Shown: piece by piece, positions 12,662 through 23,633 of the stretch
Layout: every line of letters begins with the position of its first letter
Position numbering within the stretch: the first letter of the stretch is position 1
Origin: Perna viridis
Lineage: Eukaryota
Assembly (NCBI GenBank): GCA_037379345.1
Contig: CM074519.1
Span: forward strand, 38,280,103-38,344,102
DNA: 64,000 nucleotides
Direction: 5' to 3'
Notes under the pieces: model-generated
The model's database searches: none
The model's input: the letters and a program-made list of their open reading frames with translations, nothing else
What the model was told of the DNA's origin: nothing
Position numbers and translations under genes: made by a program

Positions 12662-13325
12662 GTTTTTGTCTCGTCTGCGATGAATTTTGCAGAAGGCGAG
12701 ACTAAGATATTTTGAGTCCAGCATCCACTTTCAAATTTTCTCGTTCAGTTTTCTGATATGAACCACTTTAGCTATGTCAATCAAACTTGGTATGCACTTG
12801 CATTAACATCACTCTACCACAATTCATTATCCATTGCGTGCATATGCCCCCGCACTCAAAGTCTATTGACTTTAAGATTATCACTTAGTCACAGTTCCAA
12901 ACAATAAACAATACCTGAGGAATCTGTCCACTTTTGAAGGTGTCAAATGGTTGAACTGATATTATATATTGTCCATAATATATAAAACACTGTCACCATC
13001 AATTCAGTTTTGAAAGAGTAATCAAGGGAACCAAGGTTATAGCGGTAATCAAAAGAATGTAATCCAGGGACAAAGACCAGACATGGAAAACAGACATACA
13101 CAACAAAGAACATAAAGTAACTAAAATCATAAATACAAAGTAACAAAAGTAAATGAGCAACTCGGACTCCACTAAAAACTGGGAGCATGGACCAGGTGCA
13201 CTGGTAGGGTAAGCGTCCTCTGCTTTTCTAGAAACACCCGCCGAGTTGCTCATAAAAAGTCACAGCATATGATGTGCACAGCATCTATGTGCAACAGAGG
13301 AGACATATCTATGTGATAAAAGTTT
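12662..13325 (+). mobile_element. Degenerate HINE-like element interrupted by the retroposon-like repeat at 13013-13260
   Basis: tttttgtctc 5' end with gtctcg...cgagac hairpin, aaacttggtatg core, ggagacata near the 3' end. Confidence 0.4.
13013..13260 (-). mobile_element. Short interspersed retroposon-like repeat, copy A (structured 3' module)
   Basis: Near-identical to 25371-25615; 13-bp perfect inverted repeat at 13153-13165 / 13241-13253. Confidence 0.8.
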
Positions 13326-13353
13326 ATATTATGATAAAAACATCTTATTTCAG

Positions 13354-13584
13354 TACTGTGTATCAGATGATGGTGAAGATGACACACTTGTTGCCCATTT
13401 CCATGCCCATGCCAATGAGCCGATCTCCCACATGATATTTGACCCTGCTGGAACGCTGTTATTGACTGCCTGTAAACTAGGACATAATTTCCATGTATTC
13501 AGGATAATGGCACATCCATGTAGCTCCTCATTAGGGGCTGTCCATCATCTGTATACATTACATAGAGGGGACACAACTGCTAAG
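13354..13584 (+). CDS. BCAS3: BCAS3 exon 12
   Basis: YCVSDDGEDDTLVAHFHAH...GHNFHVFRIMAHPCSSSLGAVHHLYTLHRGDTTAK. Confidence 0.96.
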
Positions 13585-13768
13585 GTTTGTACCAGCTGTT
13601 ACTCAAACTGCAACAAAGTTTGCATATTGTTTGGAAAATATAACATGTGAAAAAATCAACCTGTAGACAGAAAACTGGTAAACATGAGAAAGATGATAAT
13701 TATTTCACCCAGTGTTATGATTATATATTACTATTACTAATGTTTCTACTCACTGCAGAAAGAATATA

Positions 13769-14712
13769 CAGTCGATCCTTGTTAAGTTGAAGGCACCAGG
13801 CAAATGTGTTTGAGTTATCCAATGTTTGAGTAATCATGGGCAGAGTATAACACAGAAAAGTTTAGTCAATGATTGTTTCCCCCTTTTATTACTTTGTTGC
13901 ACTTTTACATGTACATGTTGTTGAATTTATCAGGGTACTTTGCGATGTTTTACCTTTCATATTGAAATATAGTTTTTGTGTGTTGAAAATTATGTTTGAA
14001 ATACTGAACACCAAGTGTTTTAGGGAAAATTACTTTTTATTTTTTGCTAAATCGAAAACATGATTAGTACATAACATGCTGCCTTGAATGACTCACAATC
14101 AGGAGTATTGTCAAACTATGTGCACTACATCACTATGATATAATTACAGATTCATTATCCAAACGCATGTAGTCATTGAAGTACGCTTACTTTCGTGTTT
14201 GATGTGTAATAAAATGTTAAGATACCATTTCAACAAATACAATTCATATGTACTTTCATCATTATTATCTAAATATCCAATACGACTGATGGTGTAGATT
14301 CCATAGTGTGATAAAAAATATTGTTTCTTCTCTCACTATGGGAGCTAGATAATTTGGATTGATTAAATACATTTACACAAATCAATCATGAAGGTGTCAA
14401 TGAGTAATTATACAAGCCACAATAATTGCTGTAAAAACAAACTTCAATAATGGTTTGCAATCAGTTTTCCAACTAAGTAGTTTACTTTGAGACATTAGGG
14501 TTATTTAACCTTGGAACCCTATCCAGGGATTTAACCTTGGAACCCTATCCAGGGGACTGGTTGAAAACCTTCAGTTCCCCAAGATTTTCATTCATTCGAG
14601 TAATCTGAGGTAAAATTGTATAGGAGTAAGGGCAGTTTTACATAAACTCAGAAATTAGTTTGAATGATTAAGATTTTGACTGTTCAGAGTTTGACATATT
14701 GAGGTTCCACTG
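13769..14712. mobile_element. Old Tc1/mariner-pogo-type MITE with TA target duplication
   Basis: TA|cagtcgatccttgttaagttgaa ... ttgacatattgaggttccactg|TA, diverged TIRs. Confidence 0.55.
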
Positions 14713-15088
14713 TAGTAATCTTTAGAAAGATTTTTATTTGATCCAAAAACATATTTGTGCCAAGTTTCTCCATTAGATAATATTGAAGTTATACGATGAG
14801 AAACTGTTTTGAAATAATTACTTGGCGTCCGTCATTGTCGTTAACAATTTATTCAAACATCTTCTCCTCTGAAACTACTTGACCAATTAGAACCAAACTT
14901 GGTATGACTGTTCATTAGGATGTTCTGCATAGAACTGATTTAGGGATTTTTCTGTCTTTTGAATCTCTCCTTAGTTTTAATTCTAAATCTGAGGGAGAAA
15001 AATGCTTTTTAAAGAATTCTATTAATGGACCAAATATATTTTCACTAATAAACACGCTTTAACTTCATCATGAATTTTCCATTTTTAG

Positions 15089-15217
<129 letters not shown>

Positions 15218-15559
15218 TAGTGGGTGAAAAAAGTCACCTGTTGATGATTGATCATTCAAGGAACATAATTTCTTAACAGAAGCAAGCTTGGATTGTGTGT
15301 AACCATTTACCTTATACATTTGAATAATATCTTTTTTCCTGTTTGAAGTGAAAGATATGAAACGATTTTTGTTTAAGGAAGAAATTATTTTCAAAACAAT
15401 AGTTTAAAAGTCTCTAAATTATATGTTGTCCCCAAAGGGAAAGGGGTTTACTATTTTATCTCATTTCATCTGTCCATTTAAAAGTAATATATTGGTAGCA
15501 TTTTTCTTAGGAACAATTTCCTATCTATTTAATGGCATAACTGTATTTTATAAACAGTT

Positions 15560-16155
15560 ATTATACCTCTTGCAAACAAAGTTTAGGGGGTATAATAGGA
15601 ATCACCCCGTCTATCTGTCCATCTGTCAGTCTGTCCACATTTCTTGTAAGCACAACTCCTCATGAACCACTCTAGAAATTTTAATGAAATTTTATAGAAA
15701 GGTTGGGTATCAAATATAGATGTACATGAAGGAATATAATCGCTCTTAGGACTCTAAAGGGAGATAATCCAAGTTAATTGTTTTAAATGTTACAACCTTG
15801 TAAGTGCAACTCCTCCTAAACCGATCAAGGATTTCGATGAATTTTATAGAAAGGTTAGGTATCAAATGTAGATGTACATGAAGGAATATAATTACTGTCA
15901 GAGGACTCCAAAGGGAGATAATCCATATTAAGGGTTTTACTCAGTAAAACCTTGTAAGTGCAACTCCTCCTATGCTGCTCAAGGGATTTTAATGAAATTT
16001 TATAGGATGGTTGGGCATCATATGTAGATGTGCATGATAGAATATAATTACTGTTTGATGACACCAAAGGGAGATAATCCAATAAGCATTTACATTCAAG
16101 TCCATTTGAAGCAGGGGATATTCTTTGTAATCTTGCTCACAGTATTTCTAGTTTT
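15560..16155 (+). mobile_element. HINE/pearl-like Helentron derivative carrying three 154-bp tandem units
   Basis: 5' ttatacc...gggggtata box, ctgtcc microsatellite, cttgtaag recurring at 15643/15797/15951, 3' ggggata...gctcacagtatttctagtttt. Confidence 0.75.
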
Positions 16156-17157
16156 AAATGGTTATATTTTTGTCACTCTTTTTCTCATTATCAACAATTA
16201 ATACTACTTGATTTTTTGGTTAGCAACTTTAATTAATGGTCCAATACTTAATAAACCAATACATGTATGAGATCTGTTACAGTCGATATCCAATTAAAGA
16301 ACTTGTTCAATGGGTCTGATTGAAAGAAAGCAAATTTTAAATTCACAACAATTTCTCACGAAATAGACAAGAGTAATTCTATTTTTTTTTACCTCTGAGA
16401 TATCCTTACCTCGCCTGTGGGTGAGATAAACCACATGATATTTGTGACGTCACAATAAAATGTCTTATGATGTCCCTTAAATTTAAAGACATTTTGGCAA
16501 GCAGAGCATACTTAATTGGTGTAATAATCACAAAATTAAATCTAAAAGTGAAGAAAAGAATCAAACACTGCTAGAAAATGCAAGAAATCTCAGACACCCT
16601 CAGGTAGGATTTCAATGTTCTTTAACTCACAGAACCTCTTTAGAGAAATTGAAATGTTACCCTTGGGTACCTGAGATTTCGCTGTCTTGCATTCTCTTAA
16701 TTTCTCCTTCAGACCATGACCTCTTGCATTGTAAATGTAAGTCAAGACTCTACCGTCTGAGATAAAGCCTCGTCTTCCTGAAGTTAAACTTTTAGTATAG
16801 ATACATGTGTATGGTTTTTATACCCTCGGTTCCATATTGGGGTATATAGTGATCATGGTGTATGCCCTTCCATCTGTACTTCAGCAATGGGGTATCCTTC
16901 TCATTTCTTCCTATCACTTTTCCTACACCACTGAATGGAATTAAATGTAACTTTAATAACATTTTTATTACATTTTCATATATAATTAGGCATCTAAATT
17001 TTAGTTTTAATCCGAGACAATTTGCAACTTTCACATAGAAAAACACTTTGTCATTAGTTAAGTAGATATCAATTAAATGATCTTTGTTCACAGTTTTTCT
17101 GCTCATTGTTAGATGTATCATGTGTTAACTGACAATAATAAATGTATATTCCATCAG

Positions 17158-17304
17158 GTAACATCAATGTAAGAACACACTGTAAAGCCAGGGTAGTGAA
17201 TAGAGCTAGTCGATTTCATAAAAGTGCTGGTATAGATGATATGGATCATGCTAGAAGTGATAGACATAGTCCAATCTTATCTGGTAGTCCTGGTTCCACA
17301 TCGG
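17158..17304 (+). CDS. BCAS3: BCAS3 exon 14
   Basis: (G)NINVRTHCKARVVNRASRFHKSAGIDD...SGSPGSTS |gtaggt. Confidence 0.93.
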
Positions 17305-17378
17305 GTAGGTCTAATTATCTTGCCATAAGGTAGGTATGACTATCGTGCCATAAGGTAGGTCTGATTATCATGCCATAA
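17304..17378 (+). repeat. Three 25-bp tandem copies that include the exon 14 splice donor
   Basis: ggtaggtctaattatcttgccataa / ggtaggtatgactatcgtgccataa / ggtaggtctgattatcatgccataa. Confidence 0.9.
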
Positions 17379-18061
17379 GACACAGTCTGTGACCCCTATT
17401 TTAGCACTCATTACAATTTTCTTATCTAATTATTAAACTAAAAGGGAAATACCACCTTTTCATTAAGTTAGGTTCTTATGATAAATTATACCCACGTAAA
17501 CAAAAAATAAATAACCTTTAATGCAAAATGCACTTTTATAAAATGCTCAAGGCTATGCAAAGTTCGAAACCTTTGAAATATAAGTGGATAGCCGTCTTGC
17601 AGAGCTCTCCTATCTGAAGGAAGATCATAGCCAGATTTTATTGATTTTTACCGAAAGCTTCAATTTAATTTTAATGAACATTTAACAGATTAGTTTTGAT
17701 ATTTATGACTTGCACAATAACATGGTCTTCTCTTTTAATAGTGATGTAATATGTCATGCTAGATACTGGTCTGTCTGTCTATGGCTTCAATGGTTTTTTA
17801 TAACCTGTGATTTACTTTGAAGCTCTAGAGTTACCACTTTTTTGGTCAAACTGCACAGCGACTTTTCTTCTCTTGAAAAACCATGAGCTCACAATTTTTT
17901 GGTATGTTTAATTCTTAAAGTGACATATATTTCCCTTTCACTGCCTAGATTATGCCTTTCAGTTGAAAAAATAGAGCTGTGAAAAATCTGAATCCAGAAT
18001 TATGTTGTATTATGCCTGCTCTTTGACTATCAATTTTTTTACCTTAGATTATCATTTTCAG

Positions 18062-18337
18062 GTAACTATGACAACTACCCAAGTCTTATAAGACAAAATG
18101 CTTTGAACAACAACCTGGAAAATCCTCGACTGCCTCCATACCCCCATGCTACACAGACTTACCCCATGGCACAGATAAAACAACCTTTGATCTTAGCTAC
18201 AGGTCTAGGGAGTAAGTCACAGAGTCCCACCCACACATCACCAGGGGGCAAGGACAATGTACTGGTAGTTAATGCCTGTTTCTCTACACCTAGACTGTGG
18301 ATTGGTGGAAACCCTAATGTATCTGTTGAGCATAGAG
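18062..18337 (+). CDS. BCAS3: BCAS3 exon 15
   Basis: (G)NYDNYPSLIRQNALNNNLENPRLPPYP...MAQIKQP...VEHR |gtaagt. Confidence 0.92.
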
Positions 18338-18686
18338 GTAAGTCTGAAAAATGTATTCTTATCAAATAATAAATAACTTTGTTTAGATAATCTTAATTGA
18401 TTAAACAACTTACTTATTTTTATTTTCCGTAAAATAATTTTTATTAGAAACATGCCCACCTTAACCGGAAAAATGTATCCATTTATTGATACATTTTTGT
18501 TCCTTTCCTTCCTAACAACTAAAGCAATTGAAATCATTATCTAAACACTACAAACTAAGATTGTTTTTGTATTCCTTGGAGTTTTTGATAACTTTATTGG
18601 ATACAATGTTGTAAATGACTAATTACTGTAAAAATAAACCAGACTGATACTAATCCAATGTATACTAATACTATATTATTTTGAAG

Positions 18687-18846
18687 AAGGGAAACGAGTC
18701 GTAGATTCACTATTTGTGATGAGTCAAACTGGTTTCCTGTCAGAGTATATACTGGAGCCAAGGGCTAAATCAGGTGTAGACAAGGTTTCAGGTGACAGTC
18801 CTTTAGAGCTAGTTGTTACTGGATATACACAGTGGAATCTTCAGAG
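18687..18846 (+). CDS. BCAS3: BCAS3 exon 16
   Basis: (E)GKRVVDSLFVMSQTGFLSEYILEPRAK...SPLELVVTGYTQWNLQ; tandem AAGAAG acceptor, so the start may be 18690. Confidence 0.9.
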
Positions 18847-19167
18847 GTAACTATGACGATAACAGTATGTGAACCAACCTATAAAACTATTATTATCAGT
18901 CAAATAGTTGGGTATAGGAACTACTGTCAAGGTACTTTTATTCCTTGGTTCCAATTTCCTCTTCATTGGGAATCAAATTTCATGATTAACCAGACCCGTG
19001 AAAACCACAAAAATTGGAACCTCACAAACAATAATACTTTCACAATATTACATTTATTTCCAAGTTATATAACAAGAAAATTTGATCAGCACATTCAAAT
19101 GAAGCAAATTGACTATTCTATCTACAACCTATGTACATGTATAACTGTATACACGATAAGAGTATTG

Positions 19168-19907
19168 TAGAAAAATACAGCCGGTGTGTAAGGAACAGGA
19201 TAAAATACAGCCTGTGTGTGCATGAGTCTAAGGAACAGGTTAAATACAGCCTGTGTGTGTATGAGTCTAAGGGACACGGTAAAATACAGCCTGTGTGTGT
19301 ATGAGACTAAGGTTTAGGGTAAAATACAGCCTGTGTGTGTTTGAGTCTAAGGGACACGGTAAAATACAGCCTGTGTGCGTATCAGACTGAGGTTTAGGGT
19401 AAAATACAGCCTTTGTGCGTATCAGACTGAGGTTTAGGGTAAAATACAGCCTGTGTGTGTATGAGTCTAAGGAACAGGTAAAATACAGCCTGTGTGTGCA
19501 TGAGACTAAGGAACAGGTTAAATACAGCCTGTGTGTATGAGACTGAGGTTCAGGGTAAAATACAGCCTGTGTGTGCATGAGACTAAGGTTCAAGGTATAA
19601 TACAGCCTGTGTGTGCTTTAGACTAAGGAACAGGGTAAAGTACAGCCTGTGTGTACATGAGACTAAGGAACAGGTTTAATAGAGCTTGTGTGTGCACGAG
19701 ACTAAGGTTCAGGGTAAAATACAGCCTGTGTGTGCATGAGACTAAGGTTCAGGGTAAAATACAGCCTGTGTGTGCATGAGACTAAGGTTCAGGGTAAAAT
19801 ACAGCCTGTGTGTGCATGAGACTAAGGAACCATGTAAAATGCCAGGATTCACCCATCATTCTCTACATCCTGCACACAAAGTACACAAACAGGCTGTATT
19901 TTTCCAC
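19168..19907. repeat. 39-40-bp minisatellite (about 17 copies) closed by an inverted partial unit
   Basis: Unit aaaatacagcctgtgtgtgcatgagactaaggttcagggt; inverted gtacacaaacaggctgtatttttccac at 19881-19907. Confidence 0.9.
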
Positions 19908-20602
19908 ACTATTGGTTTTATCCTGCAATGTAAAAAGCAATTTAAATTGTTTTAAGGTCAAGGTAGAATTTATTTAATTATATTTTTTCTATGTTGTGCC
20001 ACACTCTACCAATTTCATATTATTAGGCTGACAGCATGCATGTGGAATCATTTGCCTCATTTTAGATAATGCAGGACATGGCTTAAAATGTACACATTAG
20101 ACCATGAATGCATGACAATTATAAATGAACAAGTATACTAAGTTGTAGTCATAAAACTATTATGAAGAGGGACTTTAAGGTATGGAAACATTTCTCAGCA
20201 TAATGACAAAATCAGGGAACCAAAAGGGAACCAGGATTTGTACAGTAATCAAAATAATTCAAGTATAACAACGAGATATGAAAAATAGACATAAATACAA
20301 CAAAGAACTTGAAATAACAAAAAAAAAAGTAAATGAGCAGCCAGGATTCATTGTAGAAATACCATGGACTTGTGGAATAAAAAGGTCTCTGGCACACTTC
20401 CTATAGCTATTGCTTTTATCTTCAGTGTTCTTTACCAATTATTGCTATCTAATCTTTTTAACCTTTATACTTAATGAACCTACATGTTTACAGATAATTT
20501 TGTCATCTCTTTCAAGCTAGAACTTCTTAATATTCATTGTGTAAATAACTAATTTACATTAAAACCAGATTTATGATTATTTTTAATGAATTTTCTTCTC
20601 AG

Positions 20603-20703
20603 ACCAAAAGCATCAGAAGAGATAAAACCACCTCTGACCAACAACAACCCCTTACTGTTATCATGTGAAGCCATACTTTCTCAACAACCATCAGCTCTCT
20701 GTG
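20603..20703 (+). CDS. BCAS3: BCAS3 exon 17
   Basis: (R)PKASEEIKPPLTNNNPLLLSCEAILSQQPSALC |gtgagt (human ELQPPFNANHPLLL). Confidence 0.91.
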
Positions 20704-20710
20704 GTGAGTA

Positions 20711-22184
20711 CAGCGATTTAGCTAGCGCTTGTCATTTTCGCCATTTACGAAAGGATTTCATAAATGACATAAATGGTTAAGATCGTTTTCATCACTTAAA
20801 ATTTGTAAAGTGTATAAAAAAAATTCCATTCAAAAAGTATTTCAGATAAATTTTCATCACCTTAAATAAAAATGTTGTTAAAAACTGTCAATTGTCACCC
20901 GGCCTTCCGCTCTGACAAGTTTATGACCCCAAGCTTGGTAATTACTTGGTCAAACATGTGTGAAGTACATTTTATTGCTGTTAACCTGGCATCCCTGATA
21001 TGTGCATCAATAATAATCCTTTAAAATAACAATAATTTATCAATCGTTTGATCATTAGGACCACAAAAGATAATCCCAGGGTTCTCACTCAACTTCAGCC
21101 GGTCGTTTTCGACCACCAAAAAAAGCCTCGAGTTGACTCGAGACATTTCTGCTTTTAAGTACGTTTAAAATATAACTTATACATATCCTTATTTGAAGGA
21201 TTAGTCATGTTAAATGATTTTGATCTTTAATGGATACCGACGGATTTTAATCCCATATAAAAAAAAACCTTCACGAACCTTGCAACATATATATAGCTAT
21301 CTATTTTTAGAAATTTAAATGCACACAAAAACAATGTCTCTGATGTGTGACTGGTCATCTCATGGATTTCAATTAATTTTAATGCAATAGTTGACAGTAA
21401 GAAAGTATTAATCAACAATAGATATTTATTTTATGATTCTCTTTTCTTCTTGAAACAAAATCACAATGATTTCGAACGTCTTCAATTCTACTCATGATCT
21501 TGGGACAAAGGTCACTAAAAAATTACCCCCAGCAGTAAGATATCACGCAGCAACTGCTTACAGAGTGCAACATTCTACAGTTGACTATGCCAATGTGGCC
21601 AACCTCCTTTCTATCTGTCTAGTTTCTGTGTTATCTTCTGGTGACTGTGAGAGGATTTAGTAGGTACTATCTGATCAAGACCTATCTTAGGAACAGGCTC
21701 AAGGTTTCATCAATCAATTCTCTTCTAAAGATCTGTCTCTATCCTTCTGATTTGAGGAGTTTTAGGTTGAAGAGGGCTTTAGAGGTGTGGTGTTTGGCAA
21801 AGGACTGGAGGATTTTCTCTTGTTAGTTGAGTGTCAGATCATACCATAATAGTAGCTGTTGTCAAATAGTAGCTATTTTTAGACTGAATGCATCAAAACT
21901 TTGTCATGATGTACAAAAATTTCTATTTTACTATTTTTCTAATAGTAACTATTTTATTTTATTAAGTAACACATGTTTTCTTATAGAAAATAACAGTTAT
22001 TTTGTTGTAATATTTATTGTATTTATTGTTATGCCTGTATCTGTAAACTTAAAATGAATATATTAAGATTGTTTGTGTCTTTAGTTTATGATACTTTTAT
22101 TTACAAAATTCTGCTGCCCATAATATGTCATTCGTGCTCTATGCAAAAGTGAATAAAGCCCTCAAAATCCTACCTAAAACCCTG
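20711..22184 (+). mobile_element. hAT-superfamily internal-deletion derivative, 1474 bp, with 6-bp TSD TGAGTA
   Basis: TIRs cagcgatttagctag / reverse complement cagggttttaggtag (12/15); TGAGTA at 20705-20710 and 22185-22190; internal transposase C-terminus. Confidence 0.8.
21560..21826 (+). pseudogene. hAT transposase C-terminal dimerisation-domain remnant (frameshifted)
   Basis: YANVANLLSICLVSVLSSGDCE/RGFSRYYLIKTYLRNRLKVSSINSLLKI matches the hAT ERxFS...KTxLRNRL motif; frameshift near 21650. Confidence 0.8.
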
Positions 22185-23094
22185 TGAGTACATATATACA
22201 GACAAGGTGATTGCTCCCATTCGATTTATATCTGTTTACCGCTATATGTTGTCATCTGAAGCCAAACTCGCTGAACAATAGTAAGTTCTCTGTGGTGAGT
22301 GTATTTATCTGTTTACCTCTTGTGAGGCCATACTTACTCACCAGCCCTCAGTGAGTATATGGTGAGTACATATACATCTCATTATTTCCTTGATTTGACA
22401 AGTGGAAGGCATTTGGTGGTCTGTCTGTCTGTCTGTTGCTCCATCAACATCTTGTTTGTATTAATTTTATGACTGACAAGTTTTCCTGACTGGATGGATA
22501 TTCAAATAGTGAAGGTGTAACAAAAGTGAATCCTTCACTAAATGATCTTGAATTGAAGACAAGGACAAACATCAAAATGGCTATTTCAATAATGGGTCTT
22601 AGTTGAATATTTATATATGTTGCTGGCAGTTAGTGTTAATAATGTCACAAAAACAATCATCAGATGCCTGTTTCCACTGTCAGACTGTATATAGATAGTA
22701 TGTGAAATGAAGTACTAACATAGGAGAAATAGGTATTTAATCCTGTCTGTTGTCAGGGCAATACAAGAATTGAAGAAATGGTGCTCTGACTGAACACTGA
22801 AGGGTACACCTTTAAGTGATTTTCTTATATTTCAACAATTCTTTTTTCCAAAAAACAGAAGGGTACATGCCCAGCCTTGATCTGCCTTTGGTCTTGACAA
22901 TAACACAATGATACATAAAGAAAAAAAAAACAATACACATGTACACACACCAGGAAATTAATTATTCAATGGCAAAGGTAATTTTCTGAAATACTTAAAT
23001 AAAACTTTCATAGTTAATTTGTTTTGACATTTGTGAACAAAGCATTTTAACATTTAGGCTTTTTGTTTAAATTCATTTTGATTGTTCAGATTAA

Positions 23095-23633
23095 TTTTAT
23101 TGCCAGTCCGTCCATCGTCAACACTTCAGACAATATCTCAAAAATACTTTCACCAACTTTTATGAAACTTTGGTGAATTGTTCATATCTATTGACATAAG
23201 CTCCCTTTCGATTTTTATTAATTTCAGATTTTTCGTTTCCGTGTAATGAATTTTTATACTTAAAAAAAGGCGGAAAGGCCAAGGAAATTTATTTGTTTAG
23301 AAATCATTGAAAACGGACCATTTGTTATGAGGATCGACTAATAAATATAAAAGGTACTTGGTAACCTTGTCAGAAAAGTGTGTTTTGAACAAGATAGAAA
23401 TGTATGGGTAAAATATCAATACAACAAACTTAGTTAAACTTAAGGTACTCCTACAATGAAAGAGGTTGGAATTCCGTTCCTCCATACCCCGAGTCAGAAA
23501 ATAGCTTGCCAGACAAACCTCTAGCTTTGGAGTAAATTTGAGGTAGCCTTGATAGTGCCAAATTTTTTGTGCATTTTTTATTGACTTTTTTTGGGGTGGA
23601 GGGTATTTGACAGGGCTCACAGTATTTCTAGTT
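23095..23633 (+). mobile_element. Degenerate HINE-like element
   Basis: gtccgtccatc microsatellite, atgaaactttggtgaattgtt core, 3' end gctcacagtatttctagtt identical to that of the 15560-16155 element. Confidence 0.6.

Noticed and set aside
12943-13253. 81-84 aa minus-strand ORFs, repeated at 25324-25607
   Set aside because: They lie wholly within the dispersed repeat, so the apparent paralogy is repeat identity rather than a gene family.
16714-16768. tRNA-like A-box on the minus strand (tatctcagacggtagag)
   Set aside because: No complete cloverleaf or B-box; at most a decayed tRNA-SINE head.
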